From Carcharhinus longimanus (Eukaryota), in contig JASCQW010000081.1 of NCBI GenBank assembly GCA_030264375.1, forward strand, positions 58,473,392 to 58,537,391: DNA of 64,000 nt. The letters are read 5' to 3'. Each line of letters starts with the position of its first letter. Positions within the stretch are counted from its first letter, which is position 1. Below the pieces are notes generated by a model that was not told the origin of the DNA, did no database searches, and saw nothing but the letters and a program-made list of their open reading frames with translations. The translations under genes and the position numbers were made by a program. Shown in pieces: positions 1 to 14,465 of this stretch.

Positions 1-72
1 TTGAATGGCGGGGCAGGCTCGAAGGGCCAGATGGCCTACTCCTGCTCCTATTTCTTATGTTCTTATGTTCTT
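1..72 (+). mobile_element. CR1-like LINE 3' tail, young subfamily
   Basis: ggctcgaagggccagatggcctactcctgctcctat followed by (TTCTTATG)n; near-identical to 44908-44975. Confidence 0.85.
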
Positions 73-149
73 AATTGTGTAAACTGAAATTATGCCATGT
101 CTTCTTCTAGCAAAAAAAAACTTCAACACAGCGTGATCATAACCTATCA

Positions 150-590
150 AGGACACATTAGGAACATAGGGAGGTATATTTTACAAGATTTATTCCTGAG
201 ATGGGATGGTGAGAGTTTAAGTAGAATGATCCTCTATTCTCTGGAGTTTAGAAAAATTAAGTGACCGCATTGAAATATTCAGCTTTCTGAGTGTGTTTAA
301 TAGAGCAGATGTTGTTTCCCCAGCTAGAGAGTCTATAACTAAGGAACATAATCTCAAGATCATTTAAAACTATCCAAGGCTAGGTTGAGTCAAATTTCTT
401 TATTCAGCAGGTTATGAATCTTTGGAATTCTCAACCTTAAAGGACAGTGGATGTTCAGTTGTTAAGTATATTCAAAACCGAGATAGGTAAGAGTTTCGAA
501 TCCACAGCAATCGAGGGATATGAGGATTAGGCAGAAAGAAGTTGAGGTTGAGGATCAGTCAAGATCCTACTAAATAGCATTATGGACAAT
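150..590 (+). mobile_element. Decayed CR1-like LINE 3' fragment
   Basis: Degenerate RT C-terminal motifs (tattctctggagtttaga, gaatctttggaattctc). Confidence 0.7.
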
Positions 591-712
591 CCATAATCGA
601 TTCATGCTTCATCTACTTACAAAAAACATGCCACTTTTTCCATAACAATACAATATATTCCATACATCCATTGTTTCTAGTTATGAAGGCATCATCAAGT
701 TTGAGGTTTTTA

Positions 713-922
<210 letters not shown>

Positions 923-3699
923 TTAGATTTTTATCCTTCTTGCAACCAACCAACATAATGTGATTTATTGCTTTGGCAAGTTATTCTTAACTTCTCAGAC
1001 AAGTAAATGTCATTAATCATGGGAACATTTTGCAATGTGTGGATGTCATTCAGTACATTTTCAATGCACATACAGGTTTAATATACTTTTATCAAATGCA
1101 GAAATACTACTAGTATGTATGGTTAGAATAACCTCCCAGTTAGCAACAAGAATATTTCATTGAAATATGTTGCATTATCTAGTTTCTACAAAGTGACTAA
1201 ACCAGCAGAAGTAAAGTTATTTTTGATTGTTGTATTTCGCAGGGAGGAAAGGTGGCTACAAATTTCCAATTCCATTACAAATCCCCTTCCTACTTATATT
1301 TAGACAACTGCATTGGCATTGCAATACATACGTGGCATCATTTATCAAGCTGAAGGTGAACTACCATGATCAAGGAGAAGCATTGAAAAAAAACGTTACA
1401 AATGTCCAAGCCTCTACGTCCATTTAAATTTTCCAAATATCCTCATAAAAATAATGAAAAGTTTGCTCTGCCCTTCTAACAATTTTGGACTTTGCTAAAC
1501 AAATAAACATTTTCAGATCTCTATCCCCTCTAATGTACTCAAAAGTAACAATTTTATAACATATTTAATTAATTTAAGACTTTAAAATACAGAAATTCCC
1601 TACCACAAACCAAAACTTAAAATACTAAATAAATTAAACGAAACAAAGTGGAGATTTTGGAAAACACTAATAATGAACAAAGCATTTTTGATATATTCTC
1701 TCCTACTTAGCATATGGTATAATTTCTCCCCAAAATCGAAGGAACCTTAAATGACATGTCCAGTGACATGTTGTACGATCTCAATGTGACAACGCTTATT
1801 CTGACCCCATGCTCAGATTAACTAGGAAGCCAGCAGTTGAATGGAGAATACAATTTTTCCACATCATTGATTCCCTAAAATTCAAGAGGTTCTATAGAAT
1901 TACTAGTCTGATGATGTCGCATTGTAGATTTAAAAGCAATCCTGAAGTGTGAACATTCAGGGCTTTATTGCTTTGGCAAGTTATCCTTAACTTCTTGCTA
2001 CTATGAGAGCAGTTTTTGAAGGACTGATTCCAAGAGATGGCATAACTTCCTCATTACCTATCTTGTAAACAAAGTGCAACAGGTTCTTGGATTTGCAAAA
2101 GCAAAACACTGTGGAGATGCTGCAACTCTTATATATAAAAATTAAATGTAGGTCCAGCAGTATTGGTGGAGAGAGAAACAATTAATTGAAGAAAGTAACT
2201 ACGTTTTGGGCCAGGAGAATATTCAGGCCTATGACATTTCATACATTTCCCTCTCCACAAATAGTGCTAGGCCTGCTGATATTTCTAGCCTTGGATATAT
2301 CCTGGTAGGTGTCCAAAATGATTTACATGACTGTATAGACAAACAAGAGCAATCTGCTTTGCATCTTGTTTTTGTTACAAGCACAGCAGATGTTAATGCC
2401 GAGCAAGCCAGATCTCAGAATGAAATCCGCCTCTGCTAATTGTAATTTTGTTCCTCTATTGAGGCAAGAGAGCAACTGAACAAGACTCCAGTGATAACTT
2501 CTAAAACTTGACTAAGTAAAATGTTCAATTAAAAAAAAATTAAAACTTAAACATAAGATCCACAATTAGAAACAAATTACAAAATAACCCAAAAATTGCT
2601 TTATCCAGGGTAGACAATAGAACTATCTTTTTGGCAACAGCCCTTACTAGATTCTTAAATCATAAAATCCAGGAAATATTACCCAAGCCAAGAAACTGCT
2701 TTCACTTTAAACAGAAGCTCAATCTATGACCTCCCAGAACAAAACCATGCTGACATCATTTTTCCCAAAGGGACATTTGAAAAAAACTCAAGACAAATAT
2801 TCTCCTGGCCCAAAACGGAGTTACTTTCTTCAATTAAAATACTTTCACAGCTTTTCAGCACACTCCAAAACACAGGAGTCAGTTTGCAGTGGGACAGAAC
2901 AGCAACTAAATACAGCTAAAAACACTTTCATCTTAGTTCTCAATTGTCTTTAAATATCGCTTTGAAAATGCAGACTCCCAAATATCAAAACCTTTCGTGT
3001 TCCTATTTTATCTCTATTTCGGGTCAATAAAATTTAAAACACCCGTCCCTACCTACTTGTGAATCTCCTGTAAAATGCAAACGTTCTTTGACATCTTTGA
3101 TACTCCTTTGAAATGCAACAGCTACAAATCAATTTTTACAAACATTCTGACTCCAACAGCTACTCCTCTGATTAACTCCAGACAAACACATATTCAGCTT
3201 ACCGTTACCTACACAGAATATATACAGAAATATTAAACAATGCACAAATGATCACACTTTTCACTTTTCTTTCTGCTTTGGCAAGACTCAAAAATATACA
3301 TGCATTTTCTATACTCTGTTTTGGAATTCAATCAAATATCTTGCAAAAAAACTCCAACTGAGATCTCACCATTAAGTTTTAACTAACATCTGCAAAGCCT
3401 AGAGCATGTCTTGCCTCATATGGGTGAGATAAAGGCACTGAATGTCCATGCAAGAAAACTGTAAAAATGCACACCAATTTTGATAAAATTTCCTTCCAGT
3501 TGGAAGATTAATCACTATGATTTGGGTGGATTCCTTCAAATTGGGTTTCCAAAGCTTGCTCATCCATTGCACACTATCATGAACCATCCTATCAGCCAGA
3601 AAGGCTGCCTTCCTTAAACAATATTGTTTTTGAAATAAAAATTTACTTAGGCCTTCTAAGCTCGTTTAAATTGCAGAGAAATTAGATTAGCAAGCCCAG

Positions 3700-4321
3700 A
3701 GTCTTCTAGTTTCTTCCATTCCGCCAGAGTATCTCACTCCAGCAGGGATTACACTAGCTTCCCATTTTCAGGGAATTAGCGGCCCGACTCTGCTGGAGTG
3801 AAGTGATTGGGGCCCCCCCAGGGGCTCAGGCGGCAGAGAGGTAGTGTCCCCTGGGATAGGCACCCTGGCAGAGCCAGCCTTTGCCCCCTGACACTGACCA
3901 AGGGGAAAAGTGCCAATGCTCAGGGGGCATCTTGACACTGCCCACTGGGGAGTGCCAAGAGGATGGGACTGGAGAGATTGGGGCAGGTCAGGAGGTGGTG
4001 GGGGGGAGGGGGGGCCGCTGGCGGGGGGNNNNNNNNNNCCCAGCTGGACGGGGGTCATGGAGCTGGCCAACAAAGGGGAGGTTGTCAATGCGGGGCCACT
4101 GCACATGCGCCAATCTCAGCACTGACAGATTGGCGCAATCGCGTTGATTTCAGCCTCTCCAGGGGGAATAGGCCCCGGCCCTTAAATTTAATGATATTCA
4201 CGCTGGTGGCCTGCAGAGTGTGGGATATTCTTGTCTGAACTCCCACTGAAGAAAACAGCATGAAGTACTCCAGTTTTCACACAAATTCGACACTTAGAAT
4301 GTTTTTGGGAGAATTCCGCCC
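3700..4321. mobile_element. GC-rich non-autonomous DNA transposon (PIF/Harbinger-type MITE remnant)
   Basis: Right terminus ggagaattccgccc resembles the other MITE ends; GC-rich body; small gap inside. Confidence 0.55.
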
Positions 4322-4780
4322 TTCATGTTTGAGACCATATAGTGTCTGTCTTTAGTTTAGTGTCAGCATTCTTGCTGCTGCTTGAGCACTTTAGATTGAC
4401 TTCAGGACAGTACCCAGAGATGTCCACACTGTCAAAGGTGTAGTCTTTCCATTTGATCATTTATTGATGTCATTCTTCTCAGAAGGTTGACTGGCTTGGA
4501 TCTCCACCTCTGTCTGCCTTATGCTATCCTTACACATTCAAAATAGTTCAGTTACATCCAGTGCACTATATCCTTATCCATTTTCTTCTCTACTTCCTTC
4601 TATGTTTTCTATCCATCACTTCCAATAATTGTCTTGGTTTACTGTCATCTCCAATGATGAATTATAAAATAGTCTAGTTGNNNNNNNNNNNNNNNNNNNN
4701 NNNNNNNNNNNNNNNNNNNNNNNNNNNNNNNNNNNNNNNNNNNNNNNNNNNNNNNNNNNNNNNNNNNNNNNNNNNNNNNN

Positions 4781-4855
4781 ACAATTTGCCGTTCCCCCAA
4801 TCTTGGTGTCATCCGCAAATTTCGACACCCTACACTCGGTTCCCACCTCCAGATC
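4781..4855 (-). mobile_element. CR1 LINE reverse-transcriptase fragment
   Basis: Translates DLEVGTECRVSKFADDTKIGG (RT FADD catalytic motif); next to a gap. Confidence 0.88.
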
Positions 4856-4857
4856 AT

Positions 4858-5071
4858 GTGCTCCAGTTTCTTTCCATGGTCCAAAGATGTGCAGGTTAGG
4901 TTGATTGGCCATGCTAAATTGCCCTCTCATATCCAAAGATATATAGGTTAGAGGTAAATGTGCAGGGTTACAGGGATAGGGAAGAGGGGAGGGCCTGATT
5001 GGGATACTCTTTCAGCAAGTCGGTGCAGACTCAATGGGCCGAATGGCCTCTTTCTGAATTGTAGCACTATG
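4858..5071 (+). mobile_element. HE1-like SINE, 5'-truncated, tail type A
   Basis: gtccaaagatgtgcaggttagg core; gggccgaatggcct tail. Confidence 0.8.
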
Positions 5072-5186
5072 GTACCATTGATAAGCATTTCATGTCATTG
5101 AAACAGTCAGTGTGGGTTATACTTGGGTCACAATATGCTATAGTCAATGACAGTAGGGTCACTGAGTCATGCTATGAAACCCTGCT

Positions 5187-5206
5187 TGTGTGTGTGTGTG
5201 TGTGTG
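5187..5206 (+). repeat. (TG)n microsatellite
   Basis: Seen directly. Confidence 0.9.
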
Positions 5207-5529
5207 AGAGACACCTGAGGTCAAAGTACGTGACAGTGGGGTCACTGGGCCACCTTACAAATCCTTGTCAGCAGTTGTATGAAAATCTGCCAATCTTGTA
5301 CAGTTCAGATTTGTACAATTTATCTAATCAAACAGCCACAAATCTTGTTTCTACTTTTAATGTTAAAGGCAGAGCTGGTGCCAGGATTTTGATTTCTGCA
5401 CCTAGAATTTCTAAAAGGTCAACTATTAATTGCCATTAAATGTTATATAATAACTCTAAACAACTTTATTAAAATATTATAACCAAATTGAGTGTCAGCA
5501 TTAATTTGTATTTAGCATATCTGATTCTC

Positions 5530-5985
5530 GGGATAAAGGGATTGATGTATGAGGAGAGCTTAAACAATTTGAGCTTCTAGTCACTGGAGATTAGAAGAAT
5601 GAGAGAGACTTTGATCGAGGTATATAAAATTTTAAAAGTGATTGATAAAGTAAATGTAGACCAAATGTTTCCCCTTATGGTGCAATCTTGAACAAGAGAT
5701 CACAGGTATAGGTTGTGAAGCAGCAGATTTAAAACTGAGATGAGATGGAACTACAGGCGGATAGGGTGAATTTGTGGAACTTGCTGTGTCATAGAGCAGT
5801 GGAGTGTGAATCGATGAATGGTTTTAAGAGGGAGATTTCTAATAAAAAGAGGAATATTGGGAAGGGGGGTGCAGTGGATTTGAGACTAGGAAAGAGATCA
5901 GCCAGGATCTGATTGAATGGTGGAGCAGACTCGAGAACTGAATTTGCCTACTTCTGCTCCTAATTCTTACATTCCTATTCCTGTT
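5530..5985 (+). mobile_element. CR1-like LINE 3' fragment
   Basis: Degenerate SLE-RRMR-DLIEVYKI coding remnant plus tail. Confidence 0.8.
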
Positions 5986-5989
5986 TATA

Positions 5990-6284
5990 TCACTGCCACC
6001 TCACAGTGTCAAAGGTCCGGATTCGATTCCCAGCTTGGGTCACTGTCTGTGCTGAGTCTGCACATTCTATCCATGTCCATGTCCATGTGGGTTTCCTCCA
6101 CGTGCTCTGGTTTCCTCCCACAGTCCAAAAGATGTGCTGGTTAGGTGCATTGTCCATGCTAAAATTCTCCCTCTATGTACCTGAAAAGGTAGCTGGAGTA
6201 TGGTGACTCAGAGATTTTCAAAGTAACTTCGTTGCAGTGTTAATGTAAGCCTACTTGTGACACTAGTAAATAAACTTAAACTTT
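5990..6284 (+). mobile_element. HE1-like SINE, tail type B
   Basis: B-box-like ggattcgattcc, shared core, tail gtaagcctacttgtgacact. Confidence 0.82.
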
Positions 6285-6893
6285 ATCTCATTACTGTTTG
6301 TAAGACCTTATTACTACATAACAATAATGGCTGAAGGTGTTTGGGATGTCTTGAGGTTATGAAAGGGGTTGCTGAACTGCGAGTTTGAAGGTCACATTTG
6401 GGGATCAGAGCTCCCCCTCCTCCAAAGGTAATAACAGTGACTATGGAAAGGAGACTGCTCAGTCTGGAGGCTCCAGTGGGATTGCCCTAGACCCACTAGA
6501 TTGATGCCATCAATTAGCACAGTGGACGGTGTTCCCAGAGTGCCCTTTAATAAATTTTGGCAGTAAGTTGGGGCTTGATATTTGTGTTCTGACTAGGCAC
6601 TGGTAGCGGCAGGAATAACTCAGTGATTGACTGAGAAAAACCAGGAGTAACTGAGTTGGGATAGCTTCAAACTTTACTGTGTTTCTTTTCGCATATATCT
6701 GTTGCGCAGGCTTCTTACCTCAGGCACCAAAAGCTAGGCCAAAACAGGGGAAGGGAATAGGGGCTGGTAAGCAAGTAAGTGGGGGAAAGAGTTGTTGGGA
6801 AGAGGGAAGAGGGGCTTGACCTTTTTGCCAGCAGGAATATGGAGAGCTTGGCTGTAACCTACATGAGTACATAAAATAACACCATTACAAAGT

Positions 6894-7690
6894 ATTTTCT
6901 ACCTGGTGGCATGCAAACTGTGCTTCAAGGAGGCTCCCTAAAGGAACATCGGTGAAAGACTTGGATCAGATTTAATGTCGACTATTGTCTTGGCAGGATA
7001 GTCACAAATCTAGGCAAGTTTTGGACAAAAAGCTATAGAGATAAATTGCAAAAAAAATTGTAGCCTGATGCTTTTTTTTTAAACAGGTACCACGGGTAAT
7101 GAATGCTCCAGATGGCTCATAATACATCATGTAACTATGGAAATTTCTGTTGATCTATATTATGTGAGTTTAATTTTATACTGAATTACAACGCTGCTTT
7201 GTGGTTTCGTTTTTGCTTGCGTCTGAGGTCACGTTGATGCAATCACATTGGAAAATAGTTTGGAAACCACTGCAATATACAATTGCACATTTTCTTTCTT
7301 GCATAGGAGCATTATAAACATTTTTGTATATTTTTCTGTTACCTGTCACACGTTTGGCTAGCATCACAAAGTATCTTTTTTTTCCACTAGGCAATTTTCA
7401 CAAGCAATACTACAATGGAGTTAGTCTAAGAGCAAAGGTCAAAAATCTTTCCCTTTTTCCCCCTAGTGTTCCATCTGGAGCTTTCATTATCCATAGTACC
7501 ATAAAAAAAAAGGCAACAGGTACAATCTTTTCTTGCAATCAATCTCCATAGCTTTTTGTCCAAAACTTGCCTAGATTTGTGTCTAACCTGCCAAGACAAT
7601 AGTCTACATTAAATCTGATGCAAGTCTTCCACCGATGTTCCTTTAGGCAACCTCCTTGAAGCACAGTTTGCATGCCACCAGGTAGAAAAT
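6894..7690. mobile_element. Fold-back element / MITE with about 220-bp inverted arms
   Basis: 6894-7115 is the reverse complement of 7471-7690 with scattered mismatches. Confidence 0.85.
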
Positions 7691-7979
7691 TCTGAGTCAA
7701 TTGTCCATGTAGTTAGATACCCTGGCTTCACAGCAAGGCTTAATAAGAGAATACGAGTCAGGAAAAGTCAAAATTATGACTTTCATGCTATATGTTACTG
7801 CAGGTTTGTACCACACATCTGTACACCACCATGTTATACTACTAAAACATTAGTTCTTAACATTCAACACAATTATCAGACAATGACTTTTCTGTATCAG
7901 GTTAAGCCTAACTAGTAAGACATTGTTATCACAGTTAAGAGCATCTTCAACCCATTGTAATATGGAGTCACTTCAGTCA

Positions 7980-8318
<339 letters not shown>

Positions 8319-9590
8319 TTATAGTTTTATCGCATCAGTAAATTAGAGAACAGATGCTGTATCATTCTGTAATGAAGTCAGCCAACAACAAGCAAGTTAG
8401 GATTGAGAAATTAATGCATTTAAAATGGTTTTTCCATGTGATAATGACACACTATGTTGGTCTTTTGTATCACAGATCTGAATAATGGTGTTCCTCATTC
8501 AAAACATTTCAGATGAATTCTGGCTCAAACAATCACATCAGCCATGTGATTTTCTAATGTTGAAGCAGGCTCAATCAGCCACATATTTTGTTCCTGCTCT
8601 CATTTCTTATGAACTTACAAAGAGAAGTTGTAAATGTTTCAGAAATTGCTGGACTCCTGGAACTAAGCAATCTCGAGCCAGGAACTAGATGGGCATTCAG
8701 AAGAAAGTTGCATTTATTCTAAAGCATAGTACTGCTGGGGAACCTACTTCTCTTGTGCTGAAGGGGTTCTGGAGCAAGGCTCCAGTCACTCTGAATATTG
8801 TCCCATCTTGTTCCATGCTCTGGGATGCTTCATTACTGGAGCAGCCTTATAGAGAGGTAGACAAGATTTAAGGAGCTCCACACTAGCAAGTTTTACCAGA
8901 AGGTGGTACAAAGGAACTGAATAGTGCATGGGTTATGCATTCAGATTATCTCCTGGATATGGGTTCAATTTCAGCCCAAACTGATGGTTTGAAATTTGGC
9001 CTTATGAATGCAAAGTTCCTAGGTGAATTCAGTAGCCACAGCAAAACATTAAGCTCACAGAAGTACAACACGGGATACCCTTCAGCAAAAATAAATTCTT
9101 GTCTGCATCGAGCTGTGCTATATCTGAACTGAGGGGTTCCTGATGCAAACATTGGATACCTGGTTGGTATTTAAATTTACAAATTTAATGAAAAATGAAA
9201 TGAGTTAAAATCAAAAAATAATCAGGTGACCTTGGACTTTAACCACAGATCTAGTCTCACCCTCAACAATGGATTCCATTTTGTATTACAGGGAAGTACA
9301 AACTTGGATGAGGTGGTTACCCTGGAATGGGCTTAAACCCATCACATTCTAAACTGAAGGGCTGCAGGGTCCTAACCCCACTCAAGCTAAAACCACAGTT
9401 TACTAGTACAAATCAATATTAAACTTCCAAATACCTAGAACATGCTCCTAATTCAGATTGGCAGGATTATCTAAGGCCAACTGAGAGGAATTCCAATGAC
9501 AAATTTATCTTTAGGATTTAATTAATTAAAATTTTACCTGCATAATGAATCAAAAGTGTTCTGGGGTACTGCAGACCCGAATGCTTTGCT

Positions 9591-9606
9591 TCTGCCCCCT
9601 AGCAGA
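9591..9606 (-). promoter_or_regulatory. Candidate CTCF site
   Basis: CTGCTAGGGGGCAGA on the minus strand resembles the CTCF core; motif only. Confidence 0.35.
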
Positions 9607-9719
9607 ATAGCCAGCAGTTGGTCAGACACTTGGCAAAAAAGTCAGGTGGGGTTGCAATTGTTTGTAATTTCGACAGTTACATTTTTAATAATTTCACAAA
9701 TTGTATATTTTTTAAATTA

Positions 9720-9878
<159 letters not shown>

Positions 9879-10399
9879 CTATGATATGTTAAAAAACACA
9901 ATAATTAAATGCTTCTATACTTGCAACATAAACAGAAGTTCTGAAAAAAAAATCAGATGTCTAATGTTTGTGGAAACCACCACCGTACTTCTAAAGAAAT
10001 ACGGTATTTGCTTCTGTGATATTAAGCCCACTCGCTCTCTTTATAAGGGCATTCCATTTGTACAAGTCCAGAGACTGTCGGTGCAGATTGGAAAGAAACA
10101 AGTATATTCTGAGAACATGTCCAAATTTAATTAGCTAAAACTGAATTGGCTCACTGTTTGTATAAATAGAACTTACAGGATCATGAAGAATTCTATTTCT
10201 CAAGATAGTTCAACCCCTTAAAAATCTCATTAGCAAGTTGAGTTGGTGGGTTAATCACCAGAAGTGCAGCTAATCTGACACCAGTCTCCCTCTACTGTTC
10301 CAATAAAGGTCTATTTTAGCTTGAGAAGTAGCATCTCATCTTTCAATCAGACACTTAACAGTCTTCTGGATTCAACACTGAGCTCAATAATTTCAAATC

Positions 10400-10760
10400 A
10401 TGACCCATGTCCTCCTGTTTTCTTGGAAGACAGCTATTGATTCTACTTTTCCCATTTACATCTTTTAGACTCATGTTCTGGCTTTTGACCCATTACTGTC
10501 TCTTTTTGCCTTGCACCATCATCTCTTTTGTCCTTTATCTCACCTTCCTCACTATTACAGACTTTCTCTTTAATTATTTTCCCTGCCTCTGCATATGCAA
10601 AAAATTAGATACATCTATCATTTCCAGTTACTAATAAAACTTCATCAATCTATCATGTTAACTTGTTTCTCCCACCACTGATCCTGTCAGACCTGCTGAG
10701 CATTTCCAGCTATGTGTTTTTATTTTCAAATTTCTAACATCTGCAGTATTTTAATTCTGA
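10400..10760 (+). mobile_element. Penelope-associated terminal repeat, decayed
   Basis: cagacctgctgagcatttccagc...catctgcagtatttt tail shared with many copies in the window. Confidence 0.65.
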
Positions 10761-10779
10761 ATGAGCTTTTAAATTGAAG

Positions 10780-13135
10780 GTGATGCTGGACCAGGAGCCA
10801 ATATAAGTCAACAAAGCATTGGGTTACCAAATCACCATAGGAGTTTAGGATAATAATAGAGTTTTGGATCAATTTTCTGTTGAGTAGAAAATGAGGCAGG
10901 CCAGCAGAACATCAAATAGTTAAATCTACAATAATAAAAGAGATTGATGGCTGTTTTAGCTGATGAACTGACACCAGAGTGAAGTCAGCCAAAGTTATGT
11001 AGATGGACAAATGTAGTCTTAATGCAATCATGGACATGTGGTAATAGCTCAGCTTGGGGTCAATTGAAACCTAAACTGTTCTGCCTCCTACAGTTGTCAA
11101 GGTGAGAGATGAAGTTGGCAGCTGGGGAATGGAGTTTGCAGCAAGGAGCTAGACAATAGCTTTGATCTCAATATTTATTTGGAGAGCATTTCTGCTCATA
11201 CAGTATGAATGTGATGTGAGAAAAAAAAATCATGAGTGGTTTGGGTCTGGAATGCATTGCCAGGAAGTGTGGAGGCAGGTTCAATCGAGGCATTCAAGAG
11301 GGCATTAGATGATTACTTGAAAATAAGCAATGTGCAGGAATATGAGAAAACAGCACAAAATTATGATGTTTGCTGGAGAGCCAGTGCAATCACAAAGAGC
11401 CAAATGGCCACTTCCTACAGCATNNNNNNNNNNNNNNNNNNNNNTGGACAAGTAGTGTGACAAATCAGAGGTATCTGGAGATATGGCAGTTACATAGAGT
11501 TCAGTGCCAACAGCTTACATGTGAAATTTTACATTGTGTTTTCAGATAAACTCACTGGAGATAATGATGAATAAGATAATGCACATGATTCATTCGCCAT
11601 GTCTGGATAGGCAAGATGGAACTAGATGAGTGCAGTTACACCTAGCTGGATGATGGAGGAGAAATGTTGGAAAATGTGGTCAACTGTGTCAAAGGATGCA
11701 GACAGCATTGAGAAAAGATAGCTAACCATAGTCTGTCATACAGGATATTATGCAACTTTGAGAGCCATCCAGTACAGTTGTTGCAAGCAGGTGGCCATTT
11801 GGCTGCCTACTGTCTGAAAAAGCAATTTTTTGAGCTAATTCCACCATCCCTGCCTTCCCCATAGATTTGCATTTTTTTCTTCATGGACTTATAAAATTCC
11901 CTTTTGAAAGCCACAACTGAACTTGCCTCAAGCACACTCTCAGACAGAGTATTTCCAATCTTATCTACTCTGCATAAAAAAGGCTTTCCCCTCATGTCAC
12001 TGTCAGTCACCTTAAAAAAGAGGGGTGGCAGTATTGATTAAGGAGGGTGTTATTGTACTGAAGAAAGACAGAATTCCCTGGAGGCTTCACAGACAGAATC
12101 TATTTAATTAGATTTAAGAAACAATAGTCATACCATTACACTACTGTGTATGCTTTCAGTCATCAACTAGTCAGATGTAGAGGAGCACTGTTGCAGAGAA
12201 ATTAGACAGGTGCAAAAACTATATTATGGTGATAATGGGGAACTATAATTGTGCTATAGACTAGGACAGAGTAGGGGAAAGGGTTTCAGGAGAATTTTCT
12301 TGACCAGCATATTACCAACCCACTGAGGAAGGATCTAGCGAAAGATCTGAAAATTCTGAGATTCTGGGACAATATGTTAAATCATGTTGCTTAGTTTGCA
12401 GATTATAACTCTATTTGCTAGTAATTATTCCCTTTTCAGAACATTGGAAACATTTAATCATATCATGTTCCTATTGTGCTAGTTTTGTCAACATCTCATA
12501 TCTGTGACTAGGAGGGAAAAAAAAACCATGATCTGATTTGCATTGGTCTAGAGCTGTTCAGCTTATACCACCTCAGAAGGATCAATTGTCAGGAGGGAAA
12601 TATATAGAAAACAACAATCATAGTATCAGGAGGCTTAGGTAAGCTACAGAAAAGAGCAAGTAAAAATAATTAATTTGTGGGTCAGATTCAGTATGGTAAG
12701 AGCAATCTGTCCCAAGGATGTTGGGGTCAAAAATTGGCAGTTGGAACTATAATAGAACAATAGGCCACCTTTAAAAAGATGGTTTGAGTACAGCTAAGGT
12801 ACATTCCCATAAGGGAAAAAGCAAGGGGCAACCGAAGTTGCTGCTTCCTCTTTGACAATATAAAGATAGACAGTAAAATGAAGCAGATAAACATAGTTGT
12901 TAGGTTGATAATAAAAGCATGAGCCGGGTCAAATATAGAAATGTTCAGAGGGTAACTTAAAAGGAAGTGAGAGGTAAATGATTTGGCAACCATCGTAAAA
13001 GGCAATGTAAACATCTCCTATAGGGATATAAACAGTAAAGGGGTAAAGAGGAGGAATGAGGCTGATAGGGGCCAAAAAAGGGGAACTAGGAATGGAGGCA
13101 GACGGCCTGGCTGAGGTACTGATTGGAAAGATTCA
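10780..13135. mobile_element. Cluster of decayed LINE fragments (CR1/L2-like) in both orientations
   Basis: CR1 3' remnants at 11225-11420 (+; VWNALPGSVEAGSIEAFKRALD) and 11790-12010 (-); ORF2-like remnant 12010-13135 (+). Confidence 0.65.
12352..12580 (+). repeat. Direct duplicate of 14654-14875
   Basis: Aligns end to end, aattctgagatt...cttataccacctcagaagg. Confidence 0.92.
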
Positions 13136-14374
13136 AACATTTAATTGCAGGAAAGACATTAGTATAAGTTATTTGTCTACTTAAGTTCTTGTGTCAAATT
13201 CTGTTGAAAACTGTTATGTAAATATTTTTAATGGGCTTTACATTATAAAAATACCCAGTTAGCTGAAACAATTCTCTCTCATGCCTATAGTGGCACTCTG
13301 AATAGGATGTCTCATGTTAATCTTGTTAATAAGCTGTACAACTCCCTGTTGAACTGTCAGGGGCAGCTGAACACCATCAGCACAGCTTCTCCATAGTTAC
13401 TGCCATTGTAAGTTACAATCTGCTAAAATATTCAAAAATTACATTTGATTTTTGAAGAAACCTTTATAGCCGTCCAATCTGAACAAGCCATAATACTCTC
13501 CAGAAGCCACAAACTCAAACTGTTGTTCCTTGTGCATTTGCTATAGCTTCTCTCACTTGGCTGGTGGCCTTGGCTACAGGCTGTAAGTATGCCAGGAATG
13601 TAATGCAACACCAACACTCACAACAACATTGAATAATGAACATCAATAATGGTAACCAAAAATAAAATACAAGAGAAAATTTGACACTTGGTCAGTGTGT
13701 ACACACATGTAATTAGGTCAGTTCCTGTACAAAATGCAGTCAAATTTTCAAGCAACTAATGCAAGTGAAAAATAAAAGGCTACAGATTTGAACTATTTAA
13801 AGAACAATCCCCAAAAGAACAAAATATATTCACAAAAAAAACCCCACAGCAATGAATATATTACTTCTTAGCTAAAAAAGACAAACAGAAAACGCTGGAA
13901 AATCTCAGCCAGTCTGACAGCATTTGTGAAGGGAGAACAGAGCTAATGTATTAAGTTTGGATAACCCTGTGACAGACTCCTTGAAGGAGACCGGATTATC
14001 AAAAATAATTCCATGCCTCTATTCCTAACCATATTATGACATCTATAGTCTCCCAATTGAAAGAACAAAAAAAATCTAGACAGAAATGAACACCTACAGA
14101 AAATTAAACACAGAACCAGAAATCAGAACCCAAAGGGAAGCAAAAAGTGAGAAAATCTAAATCCAGAAAGGATAGACAGAAGGCTGACTGTAGTTTTGAA
14201 AGCTATGCTGAGCTATTAGTGTGTAGGAAATTGGTGGAGACATGGAATTAATACCGAACAATTAAACACCTCCATTAAACAATCTGCTTCCAAGAGAATC
14301 TTTGTTAGCTGAGTATATGTAGCACACAGCAGTGAATTCTGACATTAATAATGTTTAACAAGTGACAAGTGTAC

Positions 14375-14465
14375 CTCTTCATCCTTAGTTCCATTTCCAC
14401 TAACCGAAGCATTTTCTACGACCGATGAACCTATTAAAGGATCTTTTGAAGAAGAAGAATCTGCA
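14375..14465 (-). CDS. WDR47: WDR47 coding exon, poorly conserved linker (ADSSSSKDPLIGSSVVENASVSGNGTKDEE)
   Basis: Polypyrimidine-tag acceptor, GAG|gtacac donor; 91 nt bridges phase 2 to phase 0 exactly as required; ends in KDEE like the homologous exon. Confidence 0.88.

Noticed and set aside
2370-3210. Possible solo LTR (starts TGTTAC, A/C-rich)
   Set aside because: No clear second terminus or TSD could be identified
9538-9628. Possible cassette exon in a WDR47 intron (donor CAG|gtaaaa at 9538)
   Set aside because: Candidate acceptors (9628, 9568) are weak and both introduce early stops; no supporting evidence
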